A stretch of DNA of 64,000 nucleotides from an uncultured Oscillospiraceae bacterium (lineage in GTDB: Bacteria > Bacillota > Clostridia > Oscillospirales > Oscillospiraceae), in assembly GCA_964629755.1 (NCBI GenBank), contig CAZVSJ010000001.1, positions 6,817-70,816 of the forward strand, written 5' to 3'. The notes under the pieces are model-generated. The model made no database searches and was not told the DNA's origin. It was given only the letters and a program-made list of their open reading frames with translations. Shown here one piece after another: positions 1 to 8,265 of this stretch; position 1 is the first letter of the stretch, and every line of letters starts with the position of its first letter. Made by a program: the position numbers and the translations under genes.

Positions 1-150
1 CTTCGGGTGCGCCGCGCCGTGCTGCTGCAAAAAACGGAGGGCAAAGACCTCGTTGCACAGCGTTCTGTCCATCTCGCGGCTCGTGCGGATGTTCATCCGG
101 CTCGTCAGCAGGGCGGCATATTGCTCCGCCATCTCAGAAAAGCGATCCAT
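1..150 (-). CDS. Probable MarR-family transcriptional regulator, 5' part only (runs off window)
   Basis: ATG at 150 preceded by AGGAG; reads MDRFSEMAEQYAALLTSRMNIRTSREMDRTLCNEVFALRFLQQHGAAHPK, resembling a MarR N-terminus; inverted repeat CTAACAAA...TTTGTTAG (163-188) upstream could be its operator. Confidence 0.55.
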   Translation of the reverse strand, partial: MDRFSEMAEQYAALLTSRMNIRTSREMDRTLCNEVFALRFLQQHGAAHPK

Positions 151-401
151 GTTTCCTATCTCCTAACAAATACAGGTATTTTTGTTAGATTTTGCTATTA
201 TACCAGAGCGTGCGGAAAACGTCAAGCGGGACTTTGTAACAAATCTTTGAATTCTGGTGAGAAAAAAGACCTTTCTGCGCCATTTTACGACGCAAAAAGA
301 TCTTTTTTCTATCTTTACTTCAGGCACGGAAGCCATGATAACGGAGCAGAAGTGGCGCAGCAACAAGCTCCCTCGCGTCGGAGGCCCGCCACGGCCTGCA
401 C

Positions 402-1355
402 TCAAATTCCGTTAGCCTGTTTCTCCGTAGCTTCACGAATCACCTTTCGGGAGAGGTAGCTTCCCCGGCGGCAGCAGACGCTGGTGACGCGCTCGGCTTG
501 CAGGCAGAGCAGGTCGTCCATCTCCTGCGCCGCCTCGGCGTAGAGCGTCCGCCGGTGGTGCACCAGAACATACCTTGCGCGTTTGATCTTTCCGCTGGCC
601 GCCTTGCAAAACGCTCTGGTCGGTGCGGCCAGATGGAACACCCAGATCGGCGTGCAGATCGTCACGCAGTCATAGCCGGCAAGGTCGGCGGTGATCTCCT
701 CGATCGGCATCGCCCAGCGGTGCATCCCGTAGCGCCCGCACCACCAGAAGCCCAGCGTGCCCTCGGTGCGCTCCGTCGAGCGGAGCTGCAAAACCTGCGC
801 GCCGGTGCGGTTCGCTTCCTCCAGCGCGAGCTTCTTCGTATAGCCCATGCGGGAGAAGTAGACCACAAGCTCGCGCGGATTCGTGCCGACAGCCGGGTAG
901 TCGCTCTCGCGCACGCAAAAGCGCTCCTGCTTGTCAAACACCCACGCCATATAGCCCGTGAGCGCCTGCAAAAGGCCGAAAATGAAGTAGCTCGTCGACA
1001 TGAAATTCATCGGGAAGATGTAAAACTGGATGCAGATCCACAGCATCAGCGTCACGCCGAAAATGCCGCCGAGGATCACGCCGCTGCGCTTTCGCGCCAG
1101 CAGCAGTCCAGCCGCCGTCAGATTCGTCAGGCCGTTGACGAGCAGCAGGGCGATGCCCGGAAAGACGAAGTCTTGATAGAGATACTCCGCCAGCGGCAGT
1201 ACCTGAAAATACGGCAGCATCGCGTCCATGCCCATGGCCTTGCCGGTCGGGTCGAGCAGCATTCCGCTCGCCCCGGCGACCGCGCCGAGGCCGATGAACA
1301 GCGTCCAGAACAGGAGCGCTCTGCGGGTCTTTTCAAAACGGCTGGGGTTTTTCAT
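402..1355 (-). CDS. Membrane protein (about 4 TM helices) fused to a C-terminal flavodoxin-like domain
   Basis: Hydrophobic N-terminal ~140 aa; C-terminal VVYFSRMGYTKKLA and ICTPIW flavodoxin motifs; 4-nt overlap with upstream permease. Confidence 0.75.
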   Translation of the reverse strand: MKNPSRFEKTRRALLFWTLFIGLGAVAGASGMLLDPTGKAMGMDAMLPYFQVLPLAEYLYQDFVFPGIALLLVNGLTNLTAAGLLLARKRSGVILGGIFGVTLMLWICIQFYIFPMNFMSTSYFIFGLLQALTGYMAWVFDKQERFCVRESDYPAVGTNPRELVVYFSRMGYTKKLALEEANRTGAQVLQLRSTERTEGTLGFWWCGRYGMHRWAMPIEEITADLAGYDCVTICTPIWVFHLAAPTRAFCKAASGKIKRARYVLVHHRRTLYAEAAQEMDDLLCLQAERVTSVCCRRGSYLSRKVIREATEKQANGI

Positions 1356-2257
1356 TTTTTCGCCTTTTTGCCGGAAATCACGTTGATGAGCACATAGACG
1401 GCGACAAGGAGAACGACCGTCGCGCCGAGGATCAGGTACATCGTCCCTGTTCCGACCTTCTCGCCGAAGAAATAGAGATTGCAGTCGATGGAATCGCGGA
1501 TGCCCTCGATGACCTCCTTCGGGAAGCCCTGATTTCCCATTTCTTCAAACACGCCGCGCAGGGCGTGGTTGCGCAGCAACGAGGTGCCGTAGGTGCCGGG
1601 CAGGAAGCCGAGCGCCTTCTGCAGTCCCTCGGAGAACTGCGAAATGGGCATATACGCGCCGCAGAGGAAGCCGTAGCCCGCGCTGATGATCGTGCCGACG
1701 GCGGACATCTGCCCCTGCGTCGAGAGGAAGTGGTTGATGATGCTCGAAAGCGCCGTGCCGAACATGACCAGCAGGAACACGTCAAGCAGCATCAGAAGAA
1801 TATCCGTCACGGTCAGATACCAGCCCGCCTGCGCAACATACAGCAGGCTCGCGCCCATGGCGACGACGCAGATGATGAGCGTCGACAGCAGGGTCGAGGC
1901 GTAATAGCCGAGGGCGAGGGTGCCGCTCCGGACGGGCGAGATAGTCAGGTCGCGTCTTGCGCCCGTGACCTTGTCCTGCACCATCAGCAGGTTCGAGCAG
2001 AACGCCACCGTGACGCAGCAGACCGCAAGCAGGGAGGAAAAAAGCTGGCCGCCGACGCAGCCGCCGAGCAGCGACTCGTCGACCGTTACGCCGAACGCCT
2101 CCATGCCGCCGCGGAAGGAGGACTCATAGACATTTTGCAGGAACGTGGCGTACAGAATCAGAAGGATCAGCGGCGTGATGAGCGCCGAGAAGAACATTCC
2201 CTTGTCCTTAAAAAACAGCTTGCTGTTGCGTTTTACCAATGCGCCGAGTGTGCTCAT
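1352..2257 (-). CDS. ABC-2 type exporter permease
   Basis: About 6 TM segments; GFLCGAYMP and LPGTYGT motifs; coupled to ABC ATPase. Confidence 0.85.
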   Translation of the reverse strand: MSTLGALVKRNSKLFFKDKGMFFSALITPLILLILYATFLQNVYESSFRGGMEAFGVTVDESLLGGCVGGQLFSSLLAVCCVTVAFCSNLLMVQDKVTGARRDLTISPVRSGTLALGYYASTLLSTLIICVVAMGASLLYVAQAGWYLTVTDILLMLLDVFLLVMFGTALSSIINHFLSTQGQMSAVGTIISAGYGFLCGAYMPISQFSEGLQKALGFLPGTYGTSLLRNHALRGVFEEMGNQGFPKEVIEGIRDSIDCNLYFFGEKVGTGTMYLILGATVVLLVAVYVLINVISGKKAKK

Positions 2258-3168
2258 TTCTCCGCACCTCCCGTCAGTTTTTTGCCCGTGGCGGCAAGGA
2301 AGACGTCGTCCATCTTGCCCTTCGTGATCTCATAGTCCGTAAACAGCGCCGAATGCTGCAGGATCAGCTCCGTCGCGGCGGCCGTGTTCGGTACGGCGAC
2401 CCGGTAGGCGTCGCGCAGCGCCTCATACGGGCAGCCAAGCGTCTTGACCTGCGCCTCGGACGCGCCGTAGATCGTGATGTAGTCGCCGGTGAAGGTGTTT
2501 TTCAGGTCGAGCGGCGTACCCTCCGCGACGATTTTTCCGCTGTCAAGAATAACGACATAGTCAGCGTCAGCCGCCTCCTCCATGTAGTGCGTGGTGAGGA
2601 AGACCGTCATGTGCTTCTCGCGGCGCAGCTGCGTGATGACATCCCAAAGCAGGCGGCGCGTCTGCGGGTCGAGGCCGGTGGTCGGCTCGTCCAGGATCAG
2701 GATCTTCGGATCGTGCAGCAGGGCGCGGGCGATGTCGATCCTGCGGCGCTGGCCGCCGGAGAGCTTGCCCACGGTGCGCCCGAGCAGGTCGGAAAAGTCC
2801 AGAAGCTCAGCCAGCTCTGTCAGGCGCTTCTTGAACGCCTTCCCGCCGATGCCGTAAAGCGCCGCACGGCTTTGCAGATTATCGCGCACCGTCAGTGCCG
2901 CGTCCAGCACGGAGGACTGAAACACAACGCCGAGGCTCCGCTTGATGCGGCCCAACTCCTTGTCCAGATCGACGCCGTCGATTCTGACCGTGCCCGCGTC
3001 CTTTGCGAGCTGACCGCACATGATCGAGATCGTCGTGCTCTTGCCTGCGCCGTTGATGCCGAGGAAGGCGAACAGCTCGCCCTCCTTGACGCGGAAGCTC
3101 AGGTCCTGCACCGCCTTGACCTCGCCGAAATGCTTGCTCAAGTGGTCGATTTCTATAATATTGTTCAT
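2254..3168 (-). CDS. ABC transporter ATP-binding protein (DrrA-like)
   Basis: Walker A GINGAGKST, signature LSGGQ, Walker B LILDEPT, H-loop TTHY. Confidence 0.95.
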   Translation of the reverse strand: MNNIIEIDHLSKHFGEVKAVQDLSFRVKEGELFAFLGINGAGKSTTISIMCGQLAKDAGTVRIDGVDLDKELGRIKRSLGVVFQSSVLDAALTVRDNLQSRAALYGIGGKAFKKRLTELAELLDFSDLLGRTVGKLSGGQRRRIDIARALLHDPKILILDEPTTGLDPQTRRLLWDVITQLRREKHMTVFLTTHYMEEAADADYVVILDSGKIVAEGTPLDLKNTFTGDYITIYGASEAQVKTLGCPYEALRDAYRVAVPNTAAATELILQHSALFTDYEITKGKMDDVFLAATGKKLTGGAEK

Positions 3169-3806
3169 GGTTTTTCTCCTTCCCCAAGATTGGGTAAAAC
3201 ACCGTCTTTTATTGGGCGTGTGTTAAAATGATCTATCATCCCCGAACGAAGCATCATCAGCAGACCGCCGAAGACCTGTCCCAGCTTTTCGGCGATCTCG
3301 GCCTCGCTGAAATCGCACACCCGCATGGCGCACAGCGCGCCGAGTCCGAAGGTATGCACCCACATCTGTTCAAAGAGCGTTTTGGCTTCGGCTTCGTTGA
3401 GATGATAGTCCCTGCCGATCAGCCGAATGCTCGTCTGCGCCATAGAGCCCAGCTCCGAAATGTAGTCTTCCAGGCCGAGGCCCTGCGGATGCTCCTGCAT
3501 AAAAAGCAGCTTGAACAGCTCCGGCTCGTGGATGCCGTAGGACACCATCTGCATCCCGATGTGCTTAAACGCCGGGCTGTAATGCTCATAATCGGAAAAA
3601 TACTGCTCAAATTCCCGCAGCGCAAGCTCACGCGCAGCCCACCGGACTTCGTCCATGCTTTTGAACACCGTGAAGATCGGTCGTGCGGACGTGCCGAGCC
3701 GGGCGGCAAGGTTTCTCGCCGTCAGCGCCTCGACGCCCTGCTCCTTGACCAGTGCAAGCGCCGCGGCGGCGATCTCGTCGGCGGTAAACCGCGGTTTCGG
3801 CGGCAT
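3165..3806 (-). CDS. TetR/AcrR-family transcriptional regulator
   Basis: Start moved to ATG 3806 (MPPKPRFT) behind AAGGAGG; N-terminal HTH ALTARNLAARLGTSARPIFTVF. Confidence 0.9.
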   Translation of the reverse strand: MPPKPRFTADEIAAAALALVKEQGVEALTARNLAARLGTSARPIFTVFKSMDEVRWAARELALREFEQYFSDYEHYSPAFKHIGMQMVSYGIHEPELFKLLFMQEHPQGLGLEDYISELGSMAQTSIRLIGRDYHLNEAEAKTLFEQMWVHTFGLGALCAMRVCDFSEAEIAEKLGQVFGGLLMMLRSGMIDHFNTRPIKDGVLPNLGEGEKP

Positions 3807-3966
3807 AAGCGCCCCTCCTTTCAAAAGCAACGTTTTGCAACTTTGTTTTAGTATACTCATGGGAGCGGAGTTTGTCAAGGATAAATTTGGGAAAACACAG
3901 GAATACTTTGTGTATTTCAAGTTTTCAAACTGTACTGTTGCAGCAAAGGATCCGCCGCAGAAAGCA

Positions 3967-4003
3967 AAAAACGAAGCCGTGCGGAATAACACGGCTTCGT
4001 TTT
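3967..4003 (-). terminator. Intrinsic terminator after rplL
   Basis: Stem AACGAAGCCGTG/CACGGCTTCGTT followed by T-run on minus strand. Confidence 0.8.
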
Positions 4004-4020
4004 GCAACTGAAAGAGATAA

Positions 4021-4389
4021 TTACTTGACCTCTGCGGTAGCGCCGGCTTCCTTGAGATCGTTGGCGAGCTTCTCCGCGTCTTCCTTGGAGATGCCTTCCT
4101 TGAGGGTCTTCGGGCAGTTGTCGGCGATTTCCTTCGCTTCCTTCAGGCCGAGGCCGGTGGCAGCGCGGATAACCTTGATGACGTTCAGCTTGGAAGCGCC
4201 GCAATCCTTCAGGATAACGTCGAACTCGGTCTTCTCTTCGACTTCGGCAGCGGCAGCGGCAGGAGCAGCGACAGCGGCGGCAGCGGCGGAGACACCGAAG
4301 GTATCTTCCAGAGCATGGACAAGCTCAGCCAGTTCCAGAACGGAAAGGCCCTTAACTTCTTCAATCAGAGCAGCGATTTTTTCAGACAT
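4021..4389 (-). CDS. rplL: 50S ribosomal protein L7/L12
   Basis: Ala-rich hinge; [25 protein letters not shown]. Confidence 0.98.
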   Translation of the reverse strand: MSEKIAALIEEVKGLSVLELAELVHALEDTFGVSAAAAAVAAPAAAAAEVEEKTEFDVILKDCGASKLNVIKVIRAATGLGLKEAKEIADNCPKTLKEGISKEDAEKLANDLKEAGATAEVK

Positions 4390-4424
4390 TGTAAAATCCT
4401 CCTAATGTATTGTATAATGGTAAA

Positions 4425-4952
4425 TTAGGCTTCCGCAGCTTCTGCGGGAGCGGGGCCTTCCTTCTGCTGGCGGATCTGGTCAAGCACAAACGCCAGAGAG
4501 GAGATGGGTGCGAGGAACGTGCCGAGCACCTGGGCGATGAGAGCGTCCTTGCTGGGAAGCTCACCGAAGCCCTGAAGCTGTTCGACGGACAGGACGGTGC
4601 CTTCAACGAAGCCGCCCTTGATCTTGAGAATGTTCTTGTTCTTCTTGGCAAATTCGCAGACGATGCGAGCCGGAGCGATGGGGTCGCCGGTGGTGGTGGC
4701 GAGAGAAGTCGTGCCGTTGAGAAGCTCGTCAAACTGGTTGTAGCCGGCCTTGTTGGCGGCGAAACGAGTGAGCGTGTTCTTGACGACGGTATATTCTACG
4801 CCTGCCTCACGGAACTTATTGCGCAGCTCGGTATCCTGTGCGACAGTGATGCCCTTGTAGTCAACAAACACAGCGGCGGTAGAGCCCTGCAGCTTGTCGG
4901 CGAGTGCATCAACGATTGCCTTCTTGCTTTCGAGTACCTTGGAATTGGGCAA
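4425..4952 (-). CDS. rplJ: 50S ribosomal protein L10
   Basis: VDYKGITV, VVKNTL, LPSKDAL motifs; directly upstream of rplL. Confidence 0.97.
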   Translation of the reverse strand: MPNSKVLESKKAIVDALADKLQGSTAAVFVDYKGITVAQDTELRNKFREAGVEYTVVKNTLTRFAANKAGYNQFDELLNGTTSLATTTGDPIAPARIVCEFAKKNKNILKIKGGFVEGTVLSVEQLQGFGELPSKDALIAQVLGTFLAPISSLAFVLDQIRQQKEGPAPAEAAEA

Positions 4953-4967
4953 TGTGTGTCACCTCCG

Positions 4968-5080
4968 AAAAAAATAACCTCATGCCAAAAGACATGAGGA
5001 CACAAAAATCGTATCATTTCGTGCAACCTCGGCAGGATTTGTCCCGTTATGGCTCAAAAGCCTCCTGCTGTCTTTGGCAA
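4968..5080 (-). promoter_or_regulatory. L10 leader (ribosomal protein attenuator)
   Basis: Minus strand reads CCAAAGACAGCAGG...CCTGCCGAGG, then terminator CCTCATGTCTTTTGGCATGAGG-TTATTTTTTT just before the rplJ RBS. Confidence 0.8.
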
Positions 5081-5270
5081 CGCGACTATATTAGCAGAAA
5101 CGAAGCAAATTGTCAAGTGTTTTTTTGAATTTTTCCCGTGATTTCTTCGCGATTTCCCGTTTTTCGTTCGCCAAACCGCACATATTGACAAGCGAAAAAA
5201 GCTCCCGTATAATATTCCTGGCAGTATATTTACATTCCGCACAGAACAATAAACAAACGGAGGGAAAACA

Positions 5271-5582
5271 GTGGCAAGGACATTTTTTGAGATCCGATAC
5301 ACGGACTTTTCAACGGCGGTAAGCACCGCCCGCAATATTCTGATGCGTCACGGCTATGTGGAGGAGACCAAAAACGGCGAGACGATATGGCGCAAAGGCG
5401 TCGGCTTTTGGACGGCGAAAAAGTTTATCAAGCTCGAATTTTTCAACAATGGGATCCTGCGGCTTTCCGGCTGGGTGCAGCCCGTCTTTTTGGATGAGAT
5501 GGATCTGCAGGGCTTCGCCGCTTCCGTTCCCAAGCGCTCCGCGCTCAAGGTATTGCAGGAGATTCAGGCCTGTGTGCGTTGA
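5271..5582 (+). CDS. Small hypothetical protein (103 aa)
   Basis: GTG start with GGAGG RBS; sigmaA-like promoter TTGACA...TATAAT (about 5185-5213); bidirectional terminator downstream. Confidence 0.75.
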   Translation: MARTFFEIRYTDFSTAVSTARNILMRHGYVEETKNGETIWRKGVGFWTAKKFIKLEFFNNGILRLSGWVQPVFLDEMDLQGFAASVPKRSALKVLQEIQACVR

Positions 5583-5594
5583 TGCGTATACGGC

Positions 5595-5631
5595 AAAACA
5601 CCGAACGGCTTTGCGCCGTTCGGTGTTTTTT
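5595..5631. terminator. Bidirectional intrinsic terminator (rplA / hypothetical gene)
   Basis: AAAACACCGAACGGC-TTGC-GCCGTTCGGTGTTTTTT. Confidence 0.85.
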
Positions 5632-5639
5632 CAGATCAA

Positions 5640-6329
5640 TTACAGCTTCGCAGTGTTGACCTTGACGCCGGGGCCCATGGTGGAGGCGACGACGCAGGAA
5701 CGGATATACTGGCCCTTGGCTGCGGCAGGCTTCGCCTTGATGACGGCGCCGAGCAGGGTGTTCATATTCTCTGCGAGCTTTTCCGGGCCGAAGGAAACCT
5801 TGCCGATCGGGCAGTGGATGATGTTGGTCTTGTCGAGACGGTACTCGATCTTACCGGCTTTGATTTCCTTGACGGCGGCGGCGACGTTCGGGGTGACGGT
5901 GCCGGCCTTGGGGGAGGGCATGAGGCCCTTCGGGCCGAGAACCTTACCGAGACGGCCGACGATGCCCATCATGTCGGGCGATGCGACGACGACGTCGAAG
6001 TCGAACCAGTTTTCCTTCGTGATCTTCTCAACGAGATCCATGCCGCCGACATAGTCAGCGCCGGCTTCCTTGGCCTCGTCGACCTTCGCGTCCTTGGCGA
6101 ACACGAGGACCTTGCGGGTCTTGCCGGTGCCGTTCGGCAGAACGATGGCGCCGCGGACCTGCTGGTCAGCATGACGGGAGTCAACGCCGAGCTTGATGTG
6201 GATTTCGACGGTCTCGTCGAACTTTGCCGGAGCGGTCTTGACGACGAGCGCCAGAGCGTCGGCTACTTCATACTGCACGGAGCGGTCGATCTGCTTCGCG
6301 CTGTCCTTATATTTCTTACCTCTAAACAA
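5640..6329 (-). CDS. rplA: 50S ribosomal protein L1
   Basis: TTG start at 6329 behind AAGGAGG; [25 protein letters not shown] motifs. Confidence 0.97.
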   Translation of the reverse strand: MFRGKKYKDSAKQIDRSVQYEVADALALVVKTAPAKFDETVEIHIKLGVDSRHADQQVRGAIVLPNGTGKTRKVLVFAKDAKVDEAKEAGADYVGGMDLVEKITKENWFDFDVVVASPDMMGIVGRLGKVLGPKGLMPSPKAGTVTPNVAAAVKEIKAGKIEYRLDKTNIIHCPIGKVSFGPEKLAENMNTLLGAVIKAKPAAAKGQYIRSCVVASTMGPGVKVNTAKL

Positions 6330-6347
6330 TGTTATATCCTCCTTAAA

Positions 6348-6377
6348 GTGGTGAATGCGGAATGAAAATCCTCCCAC
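6348..6377 (-). promoter_or_regulatory. L1-binding leader site upstream of rplA
   Basis: Minus strand GTGGGAG...CACCAC hairpin abutting the RBS, matching the L1 autoregulatory motif. Confidence 0.7.
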
Positions 6378-6406
6378 ATATTGAGGCGTGAAGCCTCGGC
6401 AGCAAA

Positions 6407-6832
6407 TTAGTCAACGACAGCGATGCCCATGGAGCGGCAGGTGCCAGCGACCTGGCTCATAGCGGCTTCGATGGTAGCGGCGGTGAGGTCGGGCATCTTC
6501 TTCTCGGCGATCTCGCGAACCTGCGCCTTGGTGATGGTGGCGACCTTGTTCTTGTTGGGAACGCCGGAGCCCTTGTCCTGGCCGACAGCCTTCAGAATGA
6601 GGGTCGGGGTCGGAGGGGTCTTGGTGATGAAGGAGAAGCTGCGGTCGGAATAGACCGTGATGACGACAGGGATCTTGAAGCCTGCCTGATCCTTCGTGCG
6701 CTCGTTGAATTCCTTAATGAACTGCGCAATGTTGACGCCGTGCTGGCCGAGAGCGGGGCCGACAGGGGGCGAAGCAGTCGCCTTCGCGGCGGGAATCTGA
6801 AGTTTGATATAACCGGTAACCTTTTGTGCCAT
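6407..6832 (-). CDS. rplK: 50S ribosomal protein L11
   Basis: [19 protein letters not shown] motifs; ATG 6832 behind GGAGG. Confidence 0.98.
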   Translation of the reverse strand: MAQKVTGYIKLQIPAAKATASPPVGPALGQHGVNIAQFIKEFNERTKDQAGFKIPVVITVYSDRSFSFITKTPPTPTLILKAVGQDKGSGVPNKNKVATITKAQVREIAEKKMPDLTAATIEAAMSQVAGTCRSMGIAVVD

Positions 6833-6855
6833 GATAAGCACCTCCAATTAGAAAT

Positions 6856-6911
6856 GTGGTGATACGCTTGCGCGTAATTTGGCGGGGGAAATTTTGAAAA
6901 CCCCTCCCACG
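6856..6911 (-). promoter_or_regulatory. L1-binding leader site upstream of rplK
   Basis: Minus strand GTGGGAG...CACCAC with an extended internal hairpin, just before the RBS. Confidence 0.65.
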
Positions 6912-6924
6912 TTTGTGACCGAAC

Positions 6925-7452
6925 TTATTCGGAGACAACCTCGACCTGATCGAGCTCCAGCTCGACAGGCGTTTCGCGGCCGAACATGGAAACGGTCACG
7001 CGAACCTTGTTTTTCTCGATGTCGAGCATCTCGACTTCGCCGTTGAAGCCGGTGAGCGGGCCGTCCACGATACTGACGGTATCGCCGACGCCGTAGCCGA
7101 CAACGATCTCGCGCTTTTCCACGCCGAGCTGATAGACCTCGTCCTCCGTCAGAGGAGTCGGCTTGGTGCTGCCCGAGGTGACAAAGCCTGTGACGCCGCG
7201 GACATTCCGAATGATATACCACGCATCGTCCGTCATGACCATTTTCACCAGCACATAGCCGGGGAAGACCTTGCGGTCATAGGTTTTCGGGCCGTTGTCG
7301 GTGATCTCGGTGACGGTCTCCATCGGGATGGATACCTGATGGATGATGTCCTGCAGTTGTCTGGTTTCGACCGTCTTTTCGATGGTCGCTTTTACGGTGT
7401 TTTCATAACCGGAATAGGTATGCACAACATACCATTTTGCTGTCTCTGCCAT
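6925..7452 (-). CDS. nusG: Transcription termination/antitermination factor NusG
   Basis: WYVVHTYSGYE, FPGYVLV, KOW motif, MFGRETPVEL. Confidence 0.98.
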   Translation of the reverse strand: MAETAKWYVVHTYSGYENTVKATIEKTVETRQLQDIIHQVSIPMETVTEITDNGPKTYDRKVFPGYVLVKMVMTDDAWYIIRNVRGVTGFVTSGSTKPTPLTEDEVYQLGVEKREIVVGYGVGDTVSIVDGPLTGFNGEVEMLDIEKNKVRVTVSMFGRETPVELELDQVEVVSE

Positions 7453-7458
7453 ACCGAT

Positions 7459-7689
7459 TTAGAAGAGGTTCTTGAGCAGACCGATACCCCAGCCGGCGAC
7501 ATAGTCGAACAGACAGACGATGACGCCGACGACGAGGACAGCGGCGAGGACGATCAGCGTGTTGTTGACGAGCTGCTTGCCGGAGGGCCAGACGACCTTC
7601 TTCAGCTCGCTCCTCATTTCACGGAACCATCTTGCGATTCTGCTGCCGGTACGGACGAAGAAATTCGGCTTCTTGTTAGCTTCTGCCAT
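7459..7689 (-). CDS. secE: Preprotein translocase subunit SecE
   Basis: ELKKVVWPS motif plus one TM helix; between rpmG and nusG. Confidence 0.95.
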   Translation of the reverse strand: MAEANKKPNFFVRTGSRIARWFREMRSELKKVVWPSGKQLVNNTLIVLAAVLVVGVIVCLFDYVAGWGIGLLKNLF

Positions 7690-7707
7690 TTTGTTTCATC
7701 CTTTCGC

Positions 7708-7857
7708 TTACTTCGTTTCGGTATGAACGGTATGCTTTCTGCAGAACCTGCAATACTTCTTCATTTCCAGTCTGTCGGGGTCGTTCTTCTTGTTCTTCAT
7801 CGTGTTGTAGTTTCTCTGCTTGCACTCGTTGCATCTGAGCGTGATCTTGACTCGCAT
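7708..7857 (-). CDS. rpmG: 50S ribosomal protein L33 (Zn-ribbon type); not in the ORF track
   Basis: Manual translation [49 protein letters not shown]; AAGGAGG RBS. Confidence 0.97.
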   Translation of the reverse strand: MRVKITLRCNECKQRNYNTMKNKKNDPDRLEMKKYCRFCRKHTVHTETK

Positions 7858-8129
7858 TGTTCGGCACCTCCTTAAAATTTTGCCTCCCTGTATCCCCGCG
7901 GCTATGAAAGATTTAGCAAAGCGCCGAAACTACATGGCGCTTTCCGCAGGTGAAAATGGGCGCACAAAAAAAGCACCCAATTTCGCAGGTAGAGCTATCT
8001 TATCACAAGAAGTCAAGCAGGTCAAGCATTTTTCTTGCTTTTTTTCAAGAAATTTGGCAATTCCCACCGTTTCGTAACGTCGCCCCCCGAAAAGGACGAA
8101 CGCGGAGGCGCCCGCCTCCGCGTTGCGTT

Positions 8130-8264
8130 TTATTTGCATTTCTTATTGCAGGTGGCGCAGCAGCCGGTGCAGCCGCCGTGCTTTTTTCTGCGCAGCATCC
8201 AGACCAGCGAGCCTGCCAGCCACAGCGCAAGAAGGCCGAGCAGGGCGATCTCCAGCCAGCCCAT
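8130..8264 (-). CDS. FeoB-associated Cys-rich small membrane protein
   Basis: MGWLEIALLGLLALWLAGSLVWMLRRKKHGGCTGCCATCNKKCK: one TM helix and a Cys-rich tail, immediately after feoB. Confidence 0.85.
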   Translation of the reverse strand: MGWLEIALLGLLALWLAGSLVWMLRRKKHGGCTGCCATCNKKCK

Positions 8265-8265
8265 C

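Noticed and set aside
163-405. 80-aa minus-strand ORF after the flavodoxin fusion
   Set aside because: Runs through an AT-rich promoter region of the next gene; no convincing RBS or family resemblance
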